DNA of 64,000 nt. Source: an uncultured Cellulomonadaceae bacterium. GTDB taxonomy: Bacteria; Actinomycetota; Actinomycetes; Actinomycetales; Cellulomonadaceae. The notes under the pieces were generated by a model. That model worked only from the letters and a program-made list of their open reading frames with translations, ran no database searches and had not been told where the DNA came from. Both the position numbers and the translations under genes were made by a program. Each line of letters opens with the position of its first letter. Positions within the stretch are counted from its first letter, which is position 1. The stretch lies in the NCBI GenBank assembly GCA_964510785.1, contig CAZECM010000012.1:59-64058 (forward strand), given 5' to 3'. This document shows, piece by piece, positions 54,364 through 63,507 of this stretch.

Positions 54364-55401
54364 ATGCGTCAACCGACTCGAGTACTCACCCAGAAACAGG
54401 ATCGGCTCGTGACGATCCCTGAGCCCTCGCCTACCGTCGCAGATCGTCCACGCGTGTGGCGACTCTTCGCCAATGCGCTCTTCATCATGGCGCTGTCGGT
54501 GATCCCGGTCGGCCTCGCCGGCTGGATTGCCGGACCGACCGTCGCGAAGGCCGTGTATGTGGGGGCCATGCTGTTGCTGATGTCGGTGCGCACCCTGCCG
54601 ATGCGGGCACAGCTGTGGTGCGCAGTACTCGTGACGGCGGTCGCGGCAGCTGGCACCCTGATCGGCCGCAACCTGCCCCTCCTGATTGTCGCCCTCGTGG
54701 TCACGTGCGTGCTGCAGGGCATCTTCACCCGCATCAGCAGGCGCGCGGTCGCGGTGCTGCCGGCCATCCTGGTGCTCTACGCGCTCCTCGCACCGGCCAG
54801 CGCTACCGTCCCGGTCACGATCGGAACAGCGATAGGGGCCGCGTACATCATCGCGGCTGCCGCCGTGCTCCGCATGAAGCCGCATCCGTCGCCCCTCGCG
54901 CTGCGCGCGACGATCGTCCACACGGTGCTGCTCGCGGTGGGCAGCTGCGCACTGCTCCTGATCGGCGATGCGGTCGGCGTCACCCGCAGCCACTGGGGAG
55001 TGCTCGCCTTCTGCCTCGTGCTCGTTCCCGGGGTGGTCTCGTGGGTTGTGGCCGGCGAGTACGCGCTCGGCGTCGTCGTCGGAGCCTTCGCGGCGGTCGG
55101 AATCGGTATGGTCGATCAGCCCTGGCTCACGATCGTCGCCGCCGCCCTCGGCGGCCTCTGCACCGTGGCGGCGGCCCTCGCCGAACGGACCCTGACCGCC
55201 GTCGTGTTCCTCACGGCTACCGTGATACTGCTCAATTCGACGCCGGCGCACAGCGTCGGAGAGGTGGCCGCCGAGCGGGCGGGACTGGCCATCGCAGCCG
55301 TTGGCGTCGCGATCGTGCTCGGTGCGGCGCTGTCCCGGCTGGAACCGACGATCGATCGGTTGTTCCCGGCCGGCGCCGCAGGCAAGGACAGTCCCCCGTG
55401 A
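54364..55401 (+). CDS. Polytopic membrane protein, FUSC/aromatic-acid-exporter-like
   Basis: About 10 hydrophobic segments. Start uncertain. Family call is tentative. Confidence 0.5.
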   Translation: MRQPTRVLTQKQDRLVTIPEPSPTVADRPRVWRLFANALFIMALSVIPVGLAGWIAGPTVAKAVYVGAMLLLMSVRTLPMRAQLWCAVLVTAVAAAGTLIGRNLPLLIVALVVTCVLQGIFTRISRRAVAVLPAILVLYALLAPASATVPVTIGTAIGAAYIIAAAAVLRMKPHPSPLALRATIVHTVLLAVGSCALLLIGDAVGVTRSHWGVLAFCLVLVPGVVSWVVAGEYALGVVVGAFAAVGIGMVDQPWLTIVAAALGGLCTVAAALAERTLTAVVFLTATVILLNSTPAHSVGEVAAERAGLAIAAVGVAIVLGAALSRLEPTIDRLFPAGAAGKDSPP

Positions 55402-56975
55402 GCCCCATCGTCGTCACCTTCGTCGTACTCGGGCTGGCGATCGTCGCGTTCCTCACCAACCGTATCCCGCCCGCGATCGTGGCGGTCGGTGTCGCCGTCG
55501 TGCTGTTCCTGACCGGCACCGTCACCTTTGACCAGGCCATCGCCGGGTTCGGCGACCCGATCGTGATCTACCTCGCCGGGCTCTTCGTGGTGAGCGAGTC
55601 GCTTGAGGCGACCGGCGTGACCGCATGGGCCGGCCAGCAGCTCACCCGCCGCGTCGGAGAGAGACGCTCGGCGGTGCTGGTCGCGCTGATGGTGCTCGCG
55701 GCGCTGATCTCGGCGTTGATCACCCCGAACGGCGCCATCGCCTCCCTCCTGCCGGTCGGCATCATGCTCGCGGCACGGATCAGGCGACCGGCGTCGCAGC
55801 TGCTCATTCCCCTGGCGTTCGCCGCCCACGCCGGGTCGCTGATCACCATGATCGGAACGCCGATCAACGTCCTGGTCTCTGAGCTCTCGGTGGAGGCCGG
55901 ATCGCGTCCCTTCGGCTTCTTCGAGTTCGCGCTCGTCGGGGTTCCGCTGACCGTCGGCGTGCTGGTCATCTGTCTGCTGCTGGGGCCGAAGCTTCTGCCG
56001 AATCGGGTTCCGGAGAACGCGCCCCTCGACCTGAGCAGGTACGCCGAGACCCTGGCGCGCGAGTATGCGCTGGTCGACGACGAGGGTTCACCCGGCCGGC
56101 CGTCCTCCCTGGTGAGCTACGAGACCGGGGTGACCGAGTTGGTGATTCCTCCGCGATCGCCTTTCATCGGCGAGACGGTGTACCCAGGGATGCTCACCGA
56201 ATCAGGCGAGCTTGTGGTCACGGCGGTGCAGCGCTCCGGGCAGTCCCTGGAGAGGGCCTCGCTCGAGGTCGGCGACGTGGTGCTGCTGCACGGATGCTGG
56301 GATGCCCTCGAGACGCGCGCCGCGCATTCGGGCGTGCTCGCGGTGAGCGAACCCGATCGGCTGCGCCGGCACGCCGTACGACTCGGTGCGCGATCGTACG
56401 TGGCCATCTGCGTGCTGGTGGCGATGTGCGTCGTGCTCGCTACCGGTCTGCTTCCGCCGTCGATCGCGGTGCTGACGGCGGCCGGCATCCTGGTGGCCGC
56501 CCGCGTGATCACCGTGGCACAGGCGCAGCGCTCGATTGCGCTGGCGACCCTGGTGATCGTCGCCGGGATGATCCCGTTGTCGATCGCGATGCAGACCAGC
56601 GGTGCCGCCGACCTGCTGTCGAAGGGCCTGATCGGAATGTTCGGCGAGAGCTCTCCGGTGCTGCTCCTGCTCGCCATCGTGGTCGTCGTGCTGCTGCTCG
56701 GCCAGTTCATCAGCAATCTGGCGACCGTGCTCGTCGTGGCACCAGTGGCGATGGCCGTCGCCCACACGGCGCACCTCTCGCCGCTGCCGCTGCTGATGGG
56801 CATCACCATCGCCGGCGCCGCATCCTTCATGACGCCTGTCGCGACGGCCGGGAACCTGATGGTGCAGGCGCCGGGCGCCTACCGCTTCGGCGACTTCTGG
56901 AGACTGGGTCTGCCGTGCTTTCTGCTGTTCGGGGCGGTCGCCGTCCTGCTCGTCCCGCTCATCTGGCCGTTCTGA
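55398..56975 (+). CDS. DASS/SLC13-type (CitMHS/ArsB superfamily) anion transporter with central TrkA-C domains
   Basis: GTG 55398 overlaps the upstream stop. Two membrane halves flank soluble inserts (VTELVIPPRSPFIGETV ... VGDVVLLHG) typical of TrkA-C. Confidence 0.8.
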   Translation: MSPIVVTFVVLGLAIVAFLTNRIPPAIVAVGVAVVLFLTGTVTFDQAIAGFGDPIVIYLAGLFVVSESLEATGVTAWAGQQLTRRVGERRSAVLVALMVLAALISALITPNGAIASLLPVGIMLAARIRRPASQLLIPLAFAAHAGSLITMIGTPINVLVSELSVEAGSRPFGFFEFALVGVPLTVGVLVICLLLGPKLLPNRVPENAPLDLSRYAETLAREYALVDDEGSPGRPSSLVSYETGVTELVIPPRSPFIGETVYPGMLTESGELVVTAVQRSGQSLERASLEVGDVVLLHGCWDALETRAAHSGVLAVSEPDRLRRHAVRLGARSYVAICVLVAMCVVLATGLLPPSIAVLTAAGILVAARVITVAQAQRSIALATLVIVAGMIPLSIAMQTSGAADLLSKGLIGMFGESSPVLLLLAIVVVVLLLGQFISNLATVLVVAPVAMAVAHTAHLSPLPLLMGITIAGAASFMTPVATAGNLMVQAPGAYRFGDFWRLGLPCFLLFGAVAVLLVPLIWPF

Positions 56976-57085
56976 GCCGTCCGGGCTTGCTCCTGGTGAG
57001 GAGGCAGCGACCGCGGCGATGAACTCGTGCTGTCGCTGGGCCTGCCGGGTCTCCAGCGCATGCGCGAGCGTCTCGGCGGCGAGGA

Positions 57086-57343
57086 GCGCCGCACAAATAA
57101 CCCGTCACGGGTGATCACCGTCACGAGCGCGCAGCCAATGATGGCCTTCATGACACCTGTCGAACACTCGATGACGATCCCGATCGTCGAGGTCGCGCGT
57201 GCCGGGGAGAGGGGGCTGCGGACGCCTCGGTGCTCGACCCAACGGGGACCTACTCGCCACCACCACACCCCGCTGAAGCGCGAAGCGCCTGCATACCTAG
57301 AGACGTGTCGCCACGATGCAACCGCACGAGAGTCGTGCGTGGG
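57086..57343 (+). repeat. Conserved leader element, copy 2 (block 1 57086-57167, 153-nt extra segment, block 2 57321-57343)
   Basis: Same two blocks as copy 1, separated by 153 nt that are absent from copy 1. The junction in copy 1 shows 2-nt microhomology (AC). Confidence 0.7.
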
Positions 57344-57380
57344 CATCGGGGTGCCCGAAGAACCGAGAGGATAACCCCCC

Positions 57381-57899
57381 ATGCCCAGCTTCTTCGAAGA
57401 AGTCGTTCTGTTCGTCGCCGGCCTTGAACCCTGGCAGCAGGTCGCCGCCCTGCTTCTGGTCGGAGCGATCCCGTTCATCGAGTCCTACTTTGGCAGCCTC
57501 GTCGGCGTGCTCCTCGGCATCAACCCGTTCCTGGTGGTGCCCGCGGTGATCATCGGCAACATCCTTTGCACCTTCCTGCTCATCTCTATCGCCAGCCGCG
57601 TACGCACCGCAGCCACCCGCAACCGCAAGGCCAAGCCTGCGGAGGAGCCATCGAAGCGCCGCCAGAAAGTCGCGAAGTACATGGGACGCTTCGGCGTGCC
57701 GGGCGTGAGCCTGCTCGGCCCCTTCGTGCTCGCCAGCCAGATCGTCGGCCCCGCACTGATCGCCCTCGGCGCGAACCGGCGCAGCGTCTACTTCTGGACG
57801 GGCACCTCCATCACCCTCTGGGGCGTCCTCTCCGGATTCTTCTGGGTGTGGTTGCTTTCCCTTGCGCACTATCAGTACCTGGAATACGCGTACATGTAG
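57381..57899 (+). CDS. Small membrane protein (putative small multidrug-export-protein family)
   Basis: 172 aa with four hydrophobic segments and a basic central loop RNRKAKPAEEPSKRRQK. RBS GAGAGGA. Family call is from memory. Confidence 0.55.
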   Translation: MPSFFEEVVLFVAGLEPWQQVAALLLVGAIPFIESYFGSLVGVLLGINPFLVVPAVIIGNILCTFLLISIASRVRTAATRNRKAKPAEEPSKRRQKVAKYMGRFGVPGVSLLGPFVLASQIVGPALIALGANRRSVYFWTGTSITLWGVLSGFFWVWLLSLAHYQYLEYAYM

Positions 57900-57981
57900 A
57901 CGGGGGATCGGCGCGGCGCGGTACAGGGACTCCAGGAATCGGTGGTTGCTGATCGGCGACATGACCGACACCGGGATGGCG

Positions 57982-58287
57982 TCAGTCCTCGCGCAGGTGG
58001 GCCTCGACGCGCTCGACCTTCGCCGTGAGCTGGCCGGTGAAGCCGGGCCGGATGTCGGCCTTGAGCACGAGGCCGACCCGGGGGGAGTGCGCGGCGACGG
58101 CGTCGACGGCGGCCTTGACCACGGCCATGCACTCGTCCCACTCGCCCTCGATCGTGGTGAACATCGCCGTCGTCTCGTTGGGCAACCCGGAGTCACGGAC
58201 GATCCGCACGGCGTCGGCGACGGCGCGTGACACCGAGCCGTCGGGGTCGTCGGTGGCGGTGGGGGCGATCGAGAAGGCGACGAGCAT
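57982..58287 (-). CDS. MTH1187/YkoF-family thiamine-binding-like protein (101 aa)
   Basis: Start MLVAFSIAPT (ATG 58287). TIEGEWDECM and a RV..VLKADIR pattern. Confidence 0.75.
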   Translation of the reverse strand: MLVAFSIAPTATDDPDGSVSRAVADAVRIVRDSGLPNETTAMFTTIEGEWDECMAVVKAAVDAVAAHSPRVGLVLKADIRPGFTGQLTAKVERVEAHLRED

Positions 58288-58435
58288 GCCTGCCACCCTA
58301 GCCCGCGGCGCATCATCGAGCAGCGGCGGGTCCGGAGTCCGGCTATTGGGACAAACGGGAGGAAGGGTTGTGCGTGTGGGAGCGATTCCATACTGTGTCT
58401 GCAACCCATAGTCTCCGACGTCGAGGACCTTCCGC

Positions 58436-60541
58436 ATGCGCGCTCCCTCCCAGATCGCTGCGACGCTCGCCCTCGCGACGCTCGCCCTCGCCGGTCTCGT
58501 TCCGGCGGCGAGCGCCGCGGCGCCGGACCCGGCCTACACCGTGGTAGGCGAGCTCGAGCTCACGGAGGAGGAGCTCGCGCTCACGGGCATGGCCACACCC
58601 GCCGTCGACGGCACGACCCTCTACCTGCAGCGCGGTTACGACGTCCTCGCCGTCGACTTGGCTTCGGGCGGGCGTCGGGTCGTGGGGGGAGACCCGCTCG
58701 AGGGCTTCATCCTTGACATCGAGGTGTCCGACGGCGAGCTCTACGTCCTGACCCGAGACCCCGCGGGACTCCACGTGTTCGACCGGGCCGGACAGCACGT
58801 CCGCAGCCTCGGGGTGGGAAACCTCGCCTCCCCGCAGCAGCTCGACATCGCCCCCGACGGCACCGTCTTCGTCGTGGACTCGCGTCGCGGTGGTGTCGGC
58901 AACCTGCTGCGCATCACTCCCGACGGGGTGGCGACCCACCTGCTGCCCGGCGCCTGCCCGACCGAGTTCGATCCGAAGTACCTGTGCGACGGGATGTACG
59001 CGGTGGCGGCGGACAGCGAGCGCGTGTTCATCACCGACAACCGGCTCGACGTCCTGGTCGTGTACACCCATGCCGGCAAGCACCTCGCGACGTTCGGCGA
59101 GCCCCGGGTCAGGTTCGTGACGCTCGGGACGCGGGAGCTCGGCATCGACGACGAGGGGCTGCTCTACCTCACCTCGGTGTCCGGCGACGAGATCGGGGTG
59201 TTCGAGGTGGGCTCGACCGCAACGGAGCCGGTCGTCCTGACGAGGCTGACGGCGCTCCCGGTGACGACGCGTTCGACGCCGAGGCTGCAGAGCGCCCACG
59301 CCCGCCCCGCCCTGACCGACTCCGGCCAGATCATCCTGTCGAACGCGAGTGGTTGGCGGGATGTCCGCGGCGACGTCCTGCTCCTCGAGCCCGAGCTGGT
59401 GCCGTGGCGCGCCCCGCAGGTCCTCGGCTCCGCGGAACCGGGCCGGACCCTGACGGTCGACGCCGGGCGCTGGCCCACGGGCGACGGCACCCGCGGCGTG
59501 CAGTGGCTGCGCGACGGCGAGGCGATCGCCGGTGCCACGGGACCGGGCTATCGGGTGCGGGTCGAGGATGTCGGCACCCGGCTCTCCCTCCGCGTCTCGC
59601 AGGGGTACGGAGCTCACGGGACGGCCACGGCGGCGAGCGCTGCGGTGCCCGTCACCCGGGCCGCGTCGACGGTCCGTGTGCTCGTCGAGGCCGGTGCGAC
59701 CGTCGGGCGACCCACGAGGGTCCGGGTGACCGTGTCCGTTCCCGCCGGGGTAGTGCCCACGGGGACCGTGGAGCTGCGCTCTGGTGGCACGAGGATCGCC
59801 GGCGCACGGCTCCGGGCAACCGATGCCGGCGAGGCCGTGGTCGAGCTGTCCGCGCTCGCCGCAGGGACGCACCGCATCTCCGCGACATACAGCGGTGACG
59901 ACGCGGTTCTCCCCGCGACCGCTCCGGTGGTCTCGCTCACGGTCGCCAAGGCGCAGTCGGTCGCCACGTTTACGCTCCGCAAGGCGAAGGTCGCACGTTC
60001 GGCGAGGCCGGTTCTCGACGTGAGGGTGACGGCGGCAGGAGCGCCGCAGCCGATCGGGACCGTCCAGGTCTTCGACGGCACCAAGCGCCTCAAGACGCTC
60101 TCGCTCCAGGCCAAGCACCGGGGCAGGCTCACCGTCAGGCTCCCGGCCCTCAAGGCGGGCAGGCACAAGCTCACGGTCGTCTACGGCGGCACCGGAGAGC
60201 TCGCGGGAGCCACCTCGAGAGCGCGCACCCTCACGGTAGCCAAGGCGAAGTCGAAGGTTTCCCTGAAGCTCGTCAGGTCCAAGGTCGCGCGTTCGGCGAA
60301 GGCGAAGATCAGGGTCACGGTGAAGGTGGCCGGGATCGCCGGGCCCACGGGCAAGCTGCGGATCTACGACGGCAAGAAGCGCCTGCGGACCGTCACGCTC
60401 AAGGCGAAGCACCGTGGCAGGCTCACCGTCACGCTGCCGCGCCTCAAGGCGGGCAAGCACAGGATCAAGGTCGTCTACGCGGGCTCGAGCCAGACCACCA
60501 AGAAGACGAGCGCGAAGAAGACGCTGACGGTTCGGCGGTAG
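58436..60541 (+). CDS. Secreted NHL-like beta-propeller protein with four C-terminal Ig-like domains (paralogue 2)
   Basis: Signal peptide ...PAASAAAPDP, propeller blades (LYVLTRD, VFVVDSR, VFITDNR, LYLTSVS), a GRTLTVDAGRWP...VQWLRDG module, and Big_3-type repeats with a Lys-rich last module. Confidence 0.8.
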   Translation: MRAPSQIAATLALATLALAGLVPAASAAAPDPAYTVVGELELTEEELALTGMATPAVDGTTLYLQRGYDVLAVDLASGGRRVVGGDPLEGFILDIEVSDGELYVLTRDPAGLHVFDRAGQHVRSLGVGNLASPQQLDIAPDGTVFVVDSRRGGVGNLLRITPDGVATHLLPGACPTEFDPKYLCDGMYAVAADSERVFITDNRLDVLVVYTHAGKHLATFGEPRVRFVTLGTRELGIDDEGLLYLTSVSGDEIGVFEVGSTATEPVVLTRLTALPVTTRSTPRLQSAHARPALTDSGQIILSNASGWRDVRGDVLLLEPELVPWRAPQVLGSAEPGRTLTVDAGRWPTGDGTRGVQWLRDGEAIAGATGPGYRVRVEDVGTRLSLRVSQGYGAHGTATAASAAVPVTRAASTVRVLVEAGATVGRPTRVRVTVSVPAGVVPTGTVELRSGGTRIAGARLRATDAGEAVVELSALAAGTHRISATYSGDDAVLPATAPVVSLTVAKAQSVATFTLRKAKVARSARPVLDVRVTAAGAPQPIGTVQVFDGTKRLKTLSLQAKHRGRLTVRLPALKAGRHKLTVVYGGTGELAGATSRARTLTVAKAKSKVSLKLVRSKVARSAKAKIRVTVKVAGIAGPTGKLRIYDGKKRLRTVTLKAKHRGRLTVTLPRLKAGKHRIKVVYAGSSQTTKKTSAKKTLTVRR
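60320..60525 (+). repeat. 206-bp segment identical to 62248-62453
   Basis: Manual alignment at offset 1928 with no mismatch. Covers the last Ig module of paralogues 2 and 3. Confidence 0.85.
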
Positions 60542-60651
60542 ACGGACGTGGGTGAAATGTCTCGGAGGGTGATGATTCCGCGTCGTGGTGGCTCCTAATC
60601 TCGCACGAGTGCGGTGCTGCACCCGGGAGCGCCCACGACCGGGAGCACCTC

Positions 60652-62469
60652 ATGTCGCATGCCAGGTCACGGACCGCTGTCCTCGCCGTCGTCGCGCTCG
60701 CACTCCCCGGGCTCGCCGCCCCCACGGCGGTCGCGGCGCCGCCTGACCCGTCGTACACCTACGCGGGCGAACGGGGTGTCGACGGCGTGCACTCGCTCAA
60801 CCAGCCGACAGACGTCGTGATCGCCGGTAACACGATGTACGCCGTGGACTCCGGCCACAGTCGGATCTGGATCGAAGACCTCACGAAGGGCGTCGTCACC
60901 CTGGTGTCGCACGACGACTGGGATGGTGCCACCTTTGTGCCCGAGCATCTCGCGGTGCATGAGGGGGCGATCTACGTTCCCTATTCCGGGACCAACAAGA
61001 TCTACCGCTTCGGGCTCGACGGCGCTGACCGGGGCTCGATCTCGGGCTCGTCGGAGGGAACGCCGGACGACTACTACTTCGGCGCCGGGATCGACATCGC
61101 TGCGGACGGGACGATCTATGCGATCGACCCTGTCAGAAGGCGGGTGACGGTGCTACCGACGGCAGGCGGCACGCCTCGCTTCATCGGGGCAGGCTCCCTC
61201 ACACCCGGTGACGGCGAGTTCCACACCCCGGTCGACCTGGCACTCGCACCGGACGGGACGCTCTACGTCGTCGACGCCTCCACCACCCATCGAGTGCAGC
61301 GGTTCAGTGCCACCGGTGAGTTCATCGAGAGCTTCGGTGGCCCCGGGGACGCCCCGGGGAAGTTCCTCTTCCCGAGCGGCATCGCGGTCGACGGCTCCGG
61401 CCTGGTGTACGTCGCGGACGCGGGCAACGAGCGGGTGCAGGTGCTCGAACCGAGCGGGAGCTTCCTCACCAGCATCGCTCCCGCCCTGGGACAGCCAGGC
61501 TCGTTCCGGTTCGGCTTCCCGGGTGCCGTCGCGTTCGACGGGAGCGGGCGGCTGTACGTGGCCAACGGCGCCGCGGTGAGCGGATATCCGCACATCAACC
61601 GCGTCGTGATGTTCGACCCGGTGATGGCGGCGTGGACGGCGCCCACACTGTCGGGCACCCCGGGGATCGGCCAGGTGCTGACGTCGACGCCGGGCCTGTG
61701 GCCCGGAGGCGTCGCCGTCACGAGGCAGTGGCTGCGCAGCGGTGCAGCGATCCCGGGTGCCACCGGCGCCACGTACCGGCCGACGGGAGCCGACGCCGGG
61801 CACCTGCTCGGTGTGCGTGTGACCGGGACGTTCGGGTCGCGCGGCTCGGTGGCGACGACGCTCGCCGCGGGGACCGTGCCCAAGGTCGCCTCGACGGTCA
61901 AGCTCGGTGCCACCAAGGCGAAGGCGGGCGCGAAGCCGAAGGTCAGGGTGACGGTCTCCGGGCTGACCGGTGCGTCCCTGACCGGGAAGGTCACCGTGAA
62001 GCGCGGTTCGAAGGTGCTCGCGACCGCGACGCTCAAGGCCTCCCACCGAGGCAAGATCACCATCAGCGTGCCGAAGCAGAAGGTGGGCAAGCACCAGCTC
62101 ACAGCCACGTTCGTGGGCAACACGAGCCTGCTGCCGTCGTCGTCGGCGCGTGCGAGGCTCACCGTGACCAAGGCGAAGCCGAAGGTCTCGTTCAAGCTCG
62201 TGAAGAAGAAGATCTCCCGCTCCGCCAAGGCCAAGGTCAAGGTGGTCGTGAAGGTGGCCGGGATCGCCGGGCCCACGGGCAAGCTGCGGATCTACGACGG
62301 CAAGAAGCGCCTGCGGACCGTCACGCTCAAGGCGAAGCACCGTGGCAGGCTCACCGTCACGCTGCCGCGCCTCAAGGCGGGCAAGCACAGGATCAAGGTC
62401 GTCTACGCGGGCTCGAGCCAGACCACCAAGAAGACGAGCGCGAAGAAGACGCTCACCGTCAGACGTTGA
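60652..62469 (+). CDS. Secreted NHL-repeat beta-propeller protein with C-terminal Ig-like domains (paralogue 3)
   Basis: Signal peptide ...PTAVAAPPDP, NHL blades (MYAVDSGHSRI, LYVVDASTTHRVQRF, VYVADAGNERVQVL, LYVANG), a SGTPGIGQVL...RQWLRSG module, and Lys-rich Big_3-type modules. Confidence 0.8.
   Translation: MSHARSRTAVLAVVALALPGLAAPTAVAAPPDPSYTYAGERGVDGVHSLNQPTDVVIAGNTMYAVDSGHSRIWIEDLTKGVVTLVSHDDWDGATFVPEHLAVHEGAIYVPYSGTNKIYRFGLDGADRGSISGSSEGTPDDYYFGAGIDIAADGTIYAIDPVRRRVTVLPTAGGTPRFIGAGSLTPGDGEFHTPVDLALAPDGTLYVVDASTTHRVQRFSATGEFIESFGGPGDAPGKFLFPSGIAVDGSGLVYVADAGNERVQVLEPSGSFLTSIAPALGQPGSFRFGFPGAVAFDGSGRLYVANGAAVSGYPHINRVVMFDPVMAAWTAPTLSGTPGIGQVLTSTPGLWPGGVAVTRQWLRSGAAIPGATGATYRPTGADAGHLLGVRVTGTFGSRGSVATTLAAGTVPKVASTVKLGATKAKAGAKPKVRVTVSGLTGASLTGKVTVKRGSKVLATATLKASHRGKITISVPKQKVGKHQLTATFVGNTSLLPSSSARARLTVTKAKPKVSFKLVKKKISRSAKAKVKVVVKVAGIAGPTGKLRIYDGKKRLRTVTLKAKHRGRLTVTLPRLKAGKHRIKVVYAGSSQTTKKTSAKKTLTVRR
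62248..62453 (+). repeat. 206-bp segment identical to 60320-60525
   Basis: See the partner copy. Confidence 0.85.
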
Positions 62470-62476
62470 CCACGCA

Positions 62477-62504
62477 CCGTGGGGCGGGCTCGCGCGCCCC
62501 GCGG
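62477..62504 (+). terminator. GC-rich hairpin after NHL paralogue 3
   Basis: CCGTGGGGCGGG-ctcg-CGCGCCCCGCGG: 12-bp stem with one G-U pair and one mismatch, 8 nt after the stop. Confidence 0.5.
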
Positions 62505-62562
62505 TGGCCGATCGCGTCGACCTGCATCAGGGTGGAGTGACCGACGGTCTGCAGGAGGTCCC

Positions 62563-63411
62563 GTGACGGCACAGCACGCCGCAGCAGGAGCGAGCGGCGC
62601 ACCGGGATCGAGCGCGGCGGACGCAACGCCGACGACGGCGACCCCCGCGGACCGCGCCCGTCAGGTGACCGTGACGGTCGCCTACCTCGTGTGCCTCCTC
62701 GGCTCGCTCATCGGCGTGGGCGTGTTCGGTGGGCAGCCCATCGAGGAGGCGGCCGGTGGCGCGCTCTCCGCCGAGGCGACGCATCTCGCGCCCGACAACC
62801 CCGCGTTCTCGATCTGGTCGGTCATCTACGTAGGGCTCGCCGCCTACGTCGTGCTGCAGTGGCTCCCGCGCTGGGCCGCGGAGCGGCGTCAGCGCGCCGT
62901 CGGCTACCTCGTCGCGGCCACGATGGTGCTCAACGCGGCGTGGATCTTCTCCGTCCAAGGTGGGCTCCTGTGGCTCAGCGTCGTGGTGATCCTCGTGCTG
63001 CTCGCCGCACTGTGCCGCGTGATCGTCCTGCTGCACGCCGCGCCAGCGCGCCACCGGGCGGAGGTGCTCGTGCTCGACGGCACGCTGGGCCTCTACCTCG
63101 GCTGGGTCACCGTCGCGACGGCCGCGAACATCGCCGCGACGCTCGCCGACGCGGGCTTCGACGGCGGCCCGCTCGCGCCTGACGCGTGGGCCGTGATCGT
63201 GTGCGCGGCGGTCGCCGTCGTCGGCGTCCTGCTCGCCGTGCGCCTCGGTGGGCGCATCGCCCCGGCGGCGGCGATCGCGTGGGGGCTCGTGTGGATCGCG
63301 GTGGCGCGCGCGACCGGAGAGCCCGAGTCGCGGGCCACCGTCGTCGCGGCGCTCACCGCGGGGGCCGTCGTCGTCGTCGCGACGCTCCTCGCGCGCATCC
63401 GGCGAGCCTGA
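62563..63411 (+). CDS. TspO/MBR-related tryptophan-rich membrane protein
   Basis: GTG 62563 after GCAGGAGG. PAFSIWSVIYVGLAAY and LYLGWVTVATAANI blocks with 7 or more TM segments. Family call is moderate. Confidence 0.5.
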   Translation: MTAQHAAAGASGAPGSSAADATPTTATPADRARQVTVTVAYLVCLLGSLIGVGVFGGQPIEEAAGGALSAEATHLAPDNPAFSIWSVIYVGLAAYVVLQWLPRWAAERRQRAVGYLVAATMVLNAAWIFSVQGGLLWLSVVVILVLLAALCRVIVLLHAAPARHRAEVLVLDGTLGLYLGWVTVATAANIAATLADAGFDGGPLAPDAWAVIVCAAVAVVGVLLAVRLGGRIAPAAAIAWGLVWIAVARATGEPESRATVVAALTAGAVVVVATLLARIRRA

Positions 63412-63507
63412 GGACCACGGGCGAGACGTCCCGCACGCCGCCTGTCCGGACGTGCCAGACTTGACCCGTATAACCCCTGTCCCTTCTCTTTGCAGGAGCA
63501 TGCCGAT

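Noticed and set aside
56980-57090. A minus-strand reading LLAAETLAHALETRQAQRQHEFIAAVAASS that resembles the region just before a histidine-kinase H-box (a possible gene remnant).
   Set aside because: It is only ~35 codons, bounded by a stop, lacks the H-box itself, and its composition is typical of random high-GC frames. That is too weak to call without a database search.
58288-58435. A TPP riboswitch upstream of the YkoF/MTH1187-like thiamine-binding protein gene.
   Set aside because: The minus-strand leader lacks the CUGAGA and ACCUGAUCUGGAUAAUGCCAGCG-type conserved blocks. Only a weak 6-bp inverted repeat is present.
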